Below, in pieces: positions 53,485 through 64,000 of a stretch of 64,000 bases of DNA. Origin of the DNA: Rhizophagus irregularis. Lineage: Eukaryota. The stretch lies in assembly GCF_026210795.1 (NCBI RefSeq), contig NC_089434.1, forward strand, positions 992,001-1,056,000. The letters are read 5' to 3'. The notes under the pieces were generated by a model. That model was not told the DNA's origin. It saw only the letters and a list, made by a program, of their open reading frames with translations, and made no database searches. The position numbers and the translations under genes were made by a program. The first letter of the stretch is position 1, and the number at the start of each line of letters is the position of its first letter.

Positions 53485-54485
53485 AAACAACTTTCAATTA
53501 ATAAAGGAAGTAAATTTCATTTGACTAAAGTGGTGAAATTATGCTCTAAAGTTAGTAAATGGAAAAAAGAAAAATTCGAAAGTTAGTACCATTATGAAAA
53601 ATGTAGATTTCTCCATATGTATTATACCTACACCCATGAAAATTAATATACACGTAGTTTCGACCTTGCTGAACAATTATCAATTAAGTTAGAAAGTCGA
53701 TTTCATTTGACTAAAGTGGTGAATTTACGCGCTGAAGTTAATAAACAGAAAAAAAAAAATTTGAAAGTTAGTACCGTTATGAAAAATGTAGATTTCTCCA
53801 TATGTATTATATCTACACCCATGAAAATTAATATACAAGTAGTTTCGACCTTGCTGAACAATTTTCAATTAATTTAGAAAGTCGATTTCATTTGACTAAA
53901 GTGGTGAAATTACGCGCTGAAGTTAATAAACAGAAAAAAAAATTCGAAAGTTAGTGCCGTTATGAAAAATGTAGATTTCCCCATATGTATTATACCTACA
54001 CCCATGAAAATTAATGTACAAGTAGTTTCGCCCTTGCTGAACAATTTACAATTAATTTAGAAAGTCGATTTCATTTGACTAAAGTGGTGAAATTACGCTC
54101 TAAAGTTAGTAAACGGAAAAAAAAAAAATTCGAAAGTTAGTACCATTATGAAAAATGTTGGTTTCTCCATATATATTATACCTACACCCATGAATATTAA
54201 TATACACGTAGTTTCGACCTTGCTGAACAATTTTCAATTAATTTAGAAAGTCGATTTCATTTGACTAAAGTAGTAAAATTACGCTCTGAAGTTAATAAAT
54301 AAAAAAACAATTTTGAAAGTTAGTACCATTATGAAAAATATGGGTTTTTTTATATATATTATACCTACACTTATAAAAAATAATATACAAGTAGTTTTGG
54401 CTCTGTTGAACAACTTTTAATTAATAAAAGAAATTGATTTCATTTGACTAAAGTAGTGAAATTACACTCTAAAGTTATTAAATAA
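53485..54485. repeat. Tandem repeat, ~185-bp unit, ~5.5 copies
   Basis: TTTCATTTGACTAAAGTRGT recurs six times at ~185-bp spacing. Confidence 0.92.
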
Positions 54486-54798
54486 AAAATATAAAACTTT
54501 AGGAGTTAAACAGTTAGTAGTGTTATAAAAACACAAATTTCTCTATAAATTTCATTTCTAATTTATGAAATTGAGTTGTATAGGTTTAATAGTATGTTTG
54601 GAAAAAAAGTTACAGTTTAAAAAAATTCATAAAAAAATTTTTATTTACGTGTATGAAATTGTAAAACGTAATACAAACAAAATTAATATAAAACTTATAA
54701 AACTAAAATTATCATATTACTGGTGAATTTCACCAGAGGTAAATTCACCACTGATGAATTAATTTTAAATTAACCACTGGTAAATATAAAATTAATCC

Positions 54799-57123
54799 TT
54801 AATTTAAATCTAGAAAATTTAATTATAATGATAACAAAAAAAATTAGTAATGAATTTGAATAAGAAATTTTCACATTTTGTTAAAAAATAATTTACCATC
54901 AGGAATTTCCAATTCATTTTGTTCTTCGGAATGAAGATTTGGGTTATTATATGTATCATCCTCATCTTAATTATCAAAATAAAATAAAATTGAATAAATA
55001 GTATAAAAAATTAATAGTATAAATAAGCATATTTGGAATTTTACTTACCATTAAAATTAGCAATATTAGGTCCTTTTGTTTGTTGTATTGTTTCTTTATA
55101 TGTCAAAATTAAAATAAAAGTACATTAATAAATGTATGCTTAAGAAATAAATAATGTTAGTTTATTTACTTACCATCTTTTATTTGTAGTTTTTTAAACA
55201 CTTTGGATAATTTTTTACTACCAGCTAAAATTTAAAATTTAGAATATTATTAATTTATACAATTTCTTTTTTATAAAAACAATAAGTTATTGAAATACAT
55301 AAATAAATTTACTAACCTTTAAAAATACTATTTAATTTTGATGATGTTCTACTATTTTGATTGCTTGATTTATTAAAATCATCAACTAAAGAAAAAGGTA
55401 AGATTTAATAAATATCTAACTATAAATTCAATACAATTTGAAAAAATACTTACTATTATTTGGAATATTAAAATCATATGATTTATTACTATGAAATGCT
55501 GTTTAAAAATAAAAATACTTTAATGTAATGCAATATTATAAATAAATTTAAATAAAAGTTGTATTTATATTATTACCTTCTAATTCCTCTATGTAATATA
55601 AAAAAGAGTAATAATATTATTAATAATAACAGATATTTTAAATAATAGAAATAATATTTGTTTAAAATATTACCTTCTGTTGCATTTCTTGGTTCAGATA
55701 GATTTTCAAATTGATGAATTTTACTTGTAAATAGTCTGCTATTTGTACTACTATTTGTTTTATCTTGTTCTAAATTCCTATATATTTCTGATTGAAATGA
55801 TTCATCTGGCGAACTTTGATAAAATAAATTAATTTTAGTCATTTTTTTATCAAGTGTAATAATATCAGGTCTTTTTGATGGATCAGCATCCCAACATTGT
55901 TCCATTAAATTTTTATATTCTGCAGGAGTTCCTAACACAATTTTTGGTCTAATACCATTAATAATATTCATTACAAGATCATAATCATGTTCATGATTAA
56001 TAAATGGTGGTTGTCCAGATGAAATTTCCCACATAAGCATTGCAATACTATAAATATCAGATTTAAAAGTATATTCTTTTCCATTAATAACTTCTGGTGC
56101 TATGTAAGGAAGATTTCCATATATACATTTTGATGATTTATCAGCAGGTCCACAAAATCCAAGATCGCTAATATACCATCGGCTATTAAATTGTGAATAC
56201 AATATATTTCCTGAATGTAAATCTCTATGAATTGCATTTTCTTCATGAATAAAATAAAGTGCACTAATTATTCTAAAAGTAATATCAATTCTTTCTTTCC
56301 ATGTAAGTTTATTATGATTCTGATATAAATATTCTCTTAAATTTATATCCATTTCCATCATTACAAGCATATAATTTCCATTTGATATGTCTTGTGTTAA
56401 ACCAAAACATTGGACAATTTCTGTAAATTTATTGCCTATAGTTAAATGTGATTTAGCCTATATAAATTTAAAGACTTGTTAATAATATAAACTAGTTACA
56501 GTAATTACAAATACATTATTTAGATTACAAACCTCTTCAAACCAACTTTGATTTGCACTTTCAACATTTTCTAAACTTTTAAGTATCACTTTATATATTC
56601 CAAACCTTTTTAATTGTTGATTTTTAGAATCCCATTCTTCATAATTTCCATTAATCCAATTTGCTGTATAAATTTCAGAAAAACCACCTTTTGTTAGATA
56701 CTTAATATCTTGTAAATTATTATATGGAATCCATTCAACTATCATATTTGGAAATAGTGTTTCCATCTGACATTTTTGGATTAAATTATCAATTTCATCA
56801 TTTCCAGATGTCCAATTTGAAAATTTTGCATTTAAATAATTTCGAACACAAAACTCACAATATAACGTAGCTAAACATTCTTGTTTACAATTTTCACAAA
56901 TTCTTTTTGTTCCTGAATTATTAAGAATTTTATAATAATCATAATCTTTAGTCATCCGATTTATTGCAAAAGTTTTTTCATCTTCAGTAAAAGAATTATC
57001 AGCAAGAACTGTTTGTTTTTTAAATTCATACTGTTTGTGTATATCATTGTGAACATTATAATCTATTAATGCATGTAATCTGGCAATTGCTGCATGAACA
57101 AATTCTTCTCGAATAACAGACAT
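54799..57123 (-). CDS. Multi-exon TKL-type protein kinase
   Basis: CENC..YCEFC, WTSGN, EWIPY, KGGFSEIY, VILKSL, HRDLHSGN, DLG, YIAPE, DIYS; small 3' exons ending NNPNLHSEEQNELEIPD; last exon and stop inferred. Confidence 0.85.
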
Positions 57124-60100
57124 TGATTTTTTTTTAAAGCAGGTTTTAAAAGGAAGGGGGGTGGGTTTTCATAGATTAAAAGCTAAAAAAAATTACGGTA
57201 ACAAAAAAATAGGCTGAACGGAGTTTTGTATCCGAAATAATTAGTGATGATCTACAGTCTTAATAATGTAGTACACTTACATGGCATCGTACAAAAATGT
57301 TTCTGCATTCATGTCACACACGTCACAGTGGTCACACATACAGTATTATGAAATAAAAATTTTCATATTATTTATCTGCGTTTATAATAATAATTTCTTG
57401 GCTAAAAGCGAAACAAGTAATCTAATACTAACCTAATCATTAAGAACAAAAAACATTCAAAAATATTTTCAAAGAAAAAAAAAGACAAGACTTTTAATAG
57501 TGGTTTGTGTCAATAAGACTAAGTAAAAAGAAACTGGTATAAATCATTATTAATATCTCGTAATGATACCGAACATCCCCATTTGGATGTTGATCTGAAT
57601 ATGTATGAATGTAAAATTTTTTTAAAGTTTGAAAGTAAAAGTTTAATCAATAAGATTTGAATTGTAAAATTTTGGTTTAAGTTGAAATGTGAATTTTCTT
57701 AAGTTTGAATATTAGGTATAATGTGAAGTTTGTTAGGTTCAAATGTAAAGACTTTTTTGACTTTATTAAAGGTCATAAACGTCTCTCGTTTATGATAGTT
57801 TACTATGTAAAATTTATTAGATACAAAGTTTATTATCACCGTTATAACCAAGCTAAATAGTATCACAATGTAGTTATATTCTTGCTACGTATTTATCTTC
57901 CCTGACAAGAAAAATTAAAAAAGAAGTTCTATAAAATGCCATTGGATTGATAAATTTCATTGATTTAAAAATTTGATTTTTGTTGATTATTTTTAAACAC
58001 GCAAACACTTTTATAATTGACGTATCAAGATAATTACTTATTCCACTATAACTAGACGGACTGGTAGCTTTACCTTAAATAATTGTATATTGATTGTTCA
58101 TTACTATTTTTGATATCTAACAATAAGATTTACGAGCAATAGAATTATAAAACAATGTTAGACAAGTATTGTAATTGGTACTTACCTCTTTGATCAAATT
58201 TATTCCAATTTGTTATTTTGTATTACTAATCCTAAAATGAATTCTTAATACTATAAAGCACTTTTTAATTTTCATATACAAATGTTTTCCATAAGATTTA
58301 CGGAACGTGATTTTTGATGTGAAAATTTGAAAAGATTAAATGAAATCTTATTCAACAATCACAAGATTAAAATTCCATATATTAGAATAACAGATTGAGT
58401 TTACATTATTTCTTACCTAATTTTAGTTCCAATGTTTTTTTTCGTCTAAAATATATCAAAATTAAGCACCTTAATTCTTTTTTAATGTTATATTAACAAA
58501 TGGAATAAAATCGTTTCATAATAATGGAATATAACTAAAAAATCAATAAACTTAGTTGAATATCATACGATAACTGAAGTAAATAAGTAAATTACCGGTA
58601 AGTATGATATCAATATATCAATTCATTTATTTAATATTTTATGACTTTATTAAAAAAAATTTAGTTAATGAAAAAGAAATGATTCAACAAAAAAATAAAA
58701 AGTCAAAATATTAATATTATTAATAGGCAAATTTCTTACGTAATAATAACCAAATAAATTATTTCTAATTCTATTTATTTATTTTTTCTCATAAATGATA
58801 ACGAAATACTATATAGTAATTCACTCCTTAATAACTGATTTGTATTTATCTGTTATTTTGAATTTAAGTTAACATCATTATATTTAATATGACATATTTC
58901 AAATCATTTATTAAAACCAAGACTAGAGTAGTAAAATGGTTTGTAAGATTTTTAGTTTGTAATTTAAATATATTGTATTTAAATACATTTATTTTAAATT
59001 ACAATGGTAATTATATTAAATTTAGGCCTAAAATATGAGTAATATTTAAAATAAAGAATTCATCTAGACAATCTACATGCATAATTTTATTTTTTCTTTA
59101 TACGTAGTAGAAAATAAAAAATTTATATTTTTAAATAGAAAATTTACGTTTCGCGATATTCTACTTTAGTAACTTATATATTCTCATGCGAGAACAAGGA
59201 ATTATTGATAAAATATATGAAGTATTCTTATAATAGCAATAAAAAGATTCACGTCATTATGGGTAATAAGATTTTGATTTTTATTTGTAAATTAGAAAAA
59301 TTGAACCAGTTTATTATTTACTAGTACAAATAATTTTAAATAATACTGTATACTATTTTAGAAAATTTATCGAACAATGAAAAATGATTTAGAAACAAGT
59401 GCATTAATAATTATTTCAATCACACCATCATCACCAACATTTCATATTTTCGCTAACGCTAATAATATCGATAAAAGAAAAAATTACATAATTGAAAAAG
59501 CAACAAACATAATAATTATAATAATTCTTTCGTCCTAATAGATCACGTTATAATCGTAGTAATGAAAATATTAAAGATAATTTAATTAATAATGACAACG
59601 CTAACGATACCAACGAAAGCAACAACATCACTATCACCAACGTTACCAATATTTCACAACATCACTATCACCAATATCACCAACAACATCATTATCATCA
59701 ATAATTAAACATCAACCTTTACCGCTTTTCCTGCTAATAGAAGGTGTAAAGGTGTAGAATGATGGTTGCTATGATTGCCGGAATTATTGCCATAATTTTA
59801 GTTGGTGGAATTGTTATTTTTTATTTTATTGTCCGAAGGACTATTTGCCGTATTGCATTAATAAAATTGGTGTTAACCCCCTGTTTTTGTCCCGTCACAA
59901 ACATCCCCTTTTAATACGCCCTGAAATATATTAATATCGTGTAATTTAGTCGTTACCTGTATCATAACATCCGACCGTCCAAAGGATTTAAAGGTTTCCG
60001 TTTTCCCAGTAAATAAATTAGCACTTGGCAGTAATGAATTTGATTCATCTATAATACTTAATTTTTTTTTTGGCGGGATGAAATATGTATATGTATGTAA

Positions 60101-60449
60101 TAATTTTATAAAAGAGAAAAAGGCAAGTAGAAAAATAAAAAGATAATAATTATAGATATAAAAATAATTTTTTTTCTTTTTCTTTTTTCTTAATTTAATT
60201 GATATTGATCTAATTATTCAATCGTTTTTTTCTTATCACAAAAAAAAATAAATAAATAAATAAAATAGATGCACAAAAAAAAACCTGAGTTAAGATTGAA
60301 ATGACTGTATAGGGATTGAAGAGAAAGAATTAAAATATTAAAAGAAAAATTTTTAATAAAAATTAACCCCCGATTTTTATACCAAATTATTATTTGCATT
60401 ATCACGTTTTAGTCTAAAAAATTTTTTCTTCTGTCTTTAAAATTTTTTT

Positions 60450-61464
60450 CTATTCGATTAACACATAATTTATTGTGATATTGTTTGATTTCTCTATAAC
60501 AGGGTCGCCATTATTATTATATATTAGATCATTACGCGAATTTAACATATGTTCACTCAGAACAATTTCATTCCCTTTAACTCTCATGTACTTGGAATAT
60601 GGTTCTGATGAGTATATAGTTGTATCGACATAGTCTGGCAATTTAAGGATAATTTGCGCTTTATGAAGAACCATTCCAACAGGTTTACGGTTAGAAGTTT
60701 GATATTCACTAAGTCGTTTCATTGGGATGGAGGATACCAACTTTAACACAAGGAAGAAATCAGATATAAGTTAATAATCAAAGTTGCAAAATGCAAAATT
60801 TCTTGTTCGAGAGGTAAACCATTGGGAGACTCTTACCAGTGAGCGGTGGCGGTTGCACGATGATGTGGATGTGAAGTGCATAATCATCTGGGAAAACCAT
60901 TTTCATCTAGACTGAATATATTATTTGGAGTCAATATAGTCAATTTCTGGACTCCGAGTATTTTCTTGTTTCTCCACATACAAAAATTTCAGCCTTCCAA
61001 AGTCCCAAATTTTTAGGTGAAATACTGCCACCATCAAAGTCATTTGATATCTTCTTCTAACTATGCTCTTTCAGAAATCCAACGGTAAAAACACTAATGG
61101 GGATACTATCATCAATAAGAATTTCATCGGAAATAACAGCCGGGAACTCGTTAATCCCTATAAAAAAAGAAAATTCGGAATTTGTCCTGAAAAGTATGGA
61201 AAATGTCCGGAAATTTTCCGTGCGTCCGGAAAACATTCGGAAACGGTCATGTTTTGGAACATTTTCCGGACGCTCGATTCTGGACAAATTCCGGACAAAT
61301 TCTGGAGTGTCAAGAAAATGTCTGGAATTTGTGCGTCCGGAAAATGTTCCAAAACGTGACCGTTTCCGAATGTTTTCCGGACGCACGGAAAATTTCCGGA
61401 CATTTTCCATACTTTTCAGGACAAATTCCGAATTTTCTTTTTTTATAGGGTAAAAGTGCTACCT
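60450..61464 (-). pseudogene. Crinkler (CRN)-like effector pseudogene
   Basis: TVGFLKEHS*KKISNDF...NLGLWKAEI and FPDDYALHIHIIVQPP then a GT donor at 60836; stop, frameshifts and MITE insertion. Confidence 0.7.
61156..61450. mobile_element. Second copy of the 295-bp palindromic MITE
   Basis: Same length as 22863-23157, about four substitutions by eye; flanks TAAT / TAA. Confidence 0.92.
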
Positions 61465-61784
61465 AGAACGAAACAGTTTAATCACTTTGAATATATATCT
61501 GAAAACGCGAAGTTCAAGAGTTAAAACAAGGTTTAAAAAAAATTTAATTGTTCAGTGAAATACAAGTAAAGACCTTTTTAGACGCGTTGTTAGACTAGCA
61601 GGTGGTGAATTCTCCTTGAATTTAGTTTATGTTTTCATAAATGTTCTGGCTAATTACTACGAACTTTGAGTCAGTAATTCAAACTCTTACTTTCTTGACG
61701 AAAAAAAATAATTTATTGTCACTGTCACGTGAAGAGTGCCGATTCTCAAAAAAAAATATCAGCGGAACTAATGTTTCGCACGTA

Positions 61785-62330
61785 CCTACCGATGGTGAGG
61801 TGGTAGATGTGATTATTGGTAAACTGGTATGGCGAGTCCTAGAAATGGTCACTGAACTCAGGTCGAAACCATTACTCTAACCAGAGTGTTCAGAGTGTGA
61901 TGGGGGACTGTTGCCAAATGGTTCATAAAGGTCCTATAGCATCTTGGTACCCGAGGGCCCTTCGGGGTTATAATGGTAGGGGCGGGACTACCAACCACCA
62001 TATGGTGGTCTACCAAGTCTACCAATTTGACGGAGCTGTGAGCACATTGCGGTTGACTCTAACCTTGTGATAATGTGAAGATTGTGGTAGCATTCAGCAG
62101 ACCAACGCATTATCCCTCAGAAATGGGGAGACGTTAGAGAGTAGATTTAGGGTCCCAAGGGGCATTCTCGGGGGACGCCCTAAATCTTTGCCCAGAGGGT
62201 GAGGTCTTGTTTACGAGATTTATAACCACAGCACCCCTAATAGCATAGTTTTTCGCTATTTTATAGTTGTTAACTTCTATTATGTATTTGTCATTGGTTA
62301 CTCCTCTCTATAATAAAATAAATAAATAAA
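61785..62330 (+). mobile_element. 546-bp SINE-like retroposed structured element
   Basis: Perfect 15-bp TSD AATGTTTCGCACGTA (61770-61784, 62331-62345), (TAAA)n tail, GC-richer than flanks, many hairpins, no real ORF. Confidence 0.88.
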
Positions 62331-62581
62331 AATGTTTCGCACGTAAATAAAAGCATATTATTTCAATTGTGGCTGTGTATTTGCAAGGAATACTGTATCT
62401 ATTTTTTCTGTTCTGAAATTTTGAGGACCTTATTAGGCGGAGAATATAAACTTTCGGTTAGTTTTACTAAGGTCAATATTTTTTAATTCTGATAATTCTA
62501 TGTATCGTCGAATCATGTAATTTATTTTCTCATAAAGCCACATATTCTGATCGTGACATTTTGTCACGCACGGGTTATACA

Positions 62582-62825
62582 ATGTCAAACGCTCAGCCTA
62601 CAATGGATTCATTAAGAGAATCAAATACTGAACTTGCAAATCTTAGGAAGGAGAATGCCGAGATTCCCGAACTTTATAGAGAAAAGTAATTAAAGTTTGC
62701 TGAGGTTGATGCGAAGCTGAGGCAGATTATTGAGGAGAATGCAAGGCGCGATGTTGAGCTTAAGGCCGAAGTAGTAGTAAGACTAAGGTATGACCATCAG
62801 GAATTCAAAAAAGACGCAAAATAAA
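62582..62825 (+). pseudogene. Fragment of a coiled-coil N-terminus (MSNAQPTMDSLRESNTELANLRKENAEIP...)
   Basis: Coding-like, heptad-rich, interrupted by TAA near 62686. Confidence 0.45.
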
Positions 62826-63175
62826 TCTACGATATATACCTACGAGTATGCTCATTTATTTATTTAACAAAAAAAATAGCGTATTTATTTGATTTATGAA
62901 AATAGCGTATTTATTTGAAAAAGAAAAATAATGTCTTTATTTAATTAATAAGAGTGCAGCATATTTAAAATTTTATATGTAATACAGTAATATAAGCGTA
63001 TTTATTTAATTAACAATTAAAGAAAACGTATTTATCCAACTAATAAAAAAACATATTTATTTAATTAATAAGAGTAGTAGTATAATATAAAATTAAATTT
63101 ATTTATTCAATTACTAAACATTTAGAATAAATTTGTAAATAATGAAAAAGTTTCGATACTTAAAATATCCAACAA

Positions 63176-63715
63176 GGACCCAGAAATATATATATAGGGG
63201 TCAGGTGGCGAAAAATTTTTTTACTATGAGCTGTACGCAGAGACTTTTTATATGAGTAGTACGCATAATTGACACCTGATATTGAAAATCCTGCAAAAAT
63301 ACGCAAATAAAATTTCAGACATTAAGTTATTAATTATTTTATCATGGCTTCTATATTATTTATAAAACCAAATACTAATGTGAAAAAATAGAATTTACCA
63401 TTTTTTTAATAATATTTTTCTAAAATTTCACTTTTTAACCCTTAGAAATTTCTTTCAATTTATACTAAATATTACAATGCGGTTAGTACGTACAGTAAAT
63501 ATATTATATATATAAGATTAGCCAAATTTAGGCCAAAAATACGCAAACTAATTTTTTACATATAAAAATTTTGATAAAAAATACGCAATCTTGATGACCT
63601 AACTATAGATGAAAAGTTCTAAAATTGTACGCAAATCAAAACTTTACTCCGTCTAATTCCACTATGATGGCGACGCATCTGTGTACCCTACCCCTGTATA
63701 TATATTTCTGGGTCC
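63176..63715. mobile_element. MITE, MULE-like (10-bp TSD)
   Basis: TIR GGACCCAGAAATATATATAYAGGGGT; TSD TATCCAACAA at 63166-63175 and 63716-63725 (an 8-bp TSD reading is also possible). Confidence 0.9.
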
Positions 63716-64000
63716 TATCCAACAACTAGCTACGGCACTACCATATGATTCACTATCCACGTCTTTCATATGTTATATATGTTGTTAAAGTTTTATGTTG
63801 AAATAAACTTTGAATATATCAATATCCCATTAATCTAAAAAAAAGAAAAAATTAATAAAGAAAAGAAAAGCCCACTTGTATGTAATCTCCTAAAAAAATC
63901 ATCTCAAGTTCTCAACAGTAGACTTTTCGAAATAACATAATAACGTCTAAATTCAGAGTCTAAGGGAACCACTTTGTAGTAAAGAGAAGGAAAAAAGAAC

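Larger units (their letters stand above)
52850..54798. mobile_element. Non-autonomous TTAA-flanked TIR element (Kolobok-like GG...CC ends)
   Basis: TTAA|GGATGATTTTAACGCTCACCAGTGGT ... ACCACTGGTAAATATAAAATTAATCC|TTAA; subterminal GGTGAA/TTCACC motifs at both ends. Confidence 0.72.

Noticed and set aside
57830..60030. Possible decayed coding fragments (also 20600-21000, 23900-24540, 33980-34380)
   Set aside because: Coding-like texture but no family could be supported from the sequence
61835..61900. Hammerhead- or group I-like motifs (GTC..CTGA..GAAAC; GTTCAGAG)
   Set aside because: No CUGANGA core, too little room for stems I and II, and no group I P7 partner sequence
62030..62056. GAGCTGTGAG...TTGCGGTT resembling group II intron domain V
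   Set aside because: Too short, no domain VI or intron boundaries; element has TSD and A-tail instead

Overview
AT-rich, intron-containing eukaryotic DNA. The gene families (expanded TKL-type kinases with NWTSGN/EWIPY motifs, Sel1-repeat proteins, a Crinkler-type N-terminus, a Plavaka-type transposase) point to an arbuscular mycorrhizal fungus (Glomeromycotina, Rhizophagus-like); this is inference. Host genes: two paralogous intronless membrane proteins resembling a bacterial family, a 7-exon kinase with tandem N-lobe modules facing head-to-head a Sel1-repeat gene, a homeobox gene, a second kinase, and pseudogenes (aldo-keto reductase, Crinkler-like, Sel1 and kinase remnants). The rest is densely populated by mobile DNA. 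The main structure is a 15.3-kb nested stack (35431-50744): a ~2.4-kb retroposed element with no visible reverse transcriptase (14-bp TSD, A-rich tail, decayed ORF) split by a Sola3-like DDE element and an 8.7-kb Plavaka-type element whose TIRs and TATA TSD can be read directly; the latter contains a foldback and a 1.5-kb TIR insertion. Also present: a 546-bp highly structured SINE-like insertion with a 15-bp TSD, a TTAA-flanked element carrying a 185-bp tandem array at a kinase stop codon, and many MITEs. No rRNA, tRNA or CRISPR array was seen. All family names come from motif recall, not database searches.
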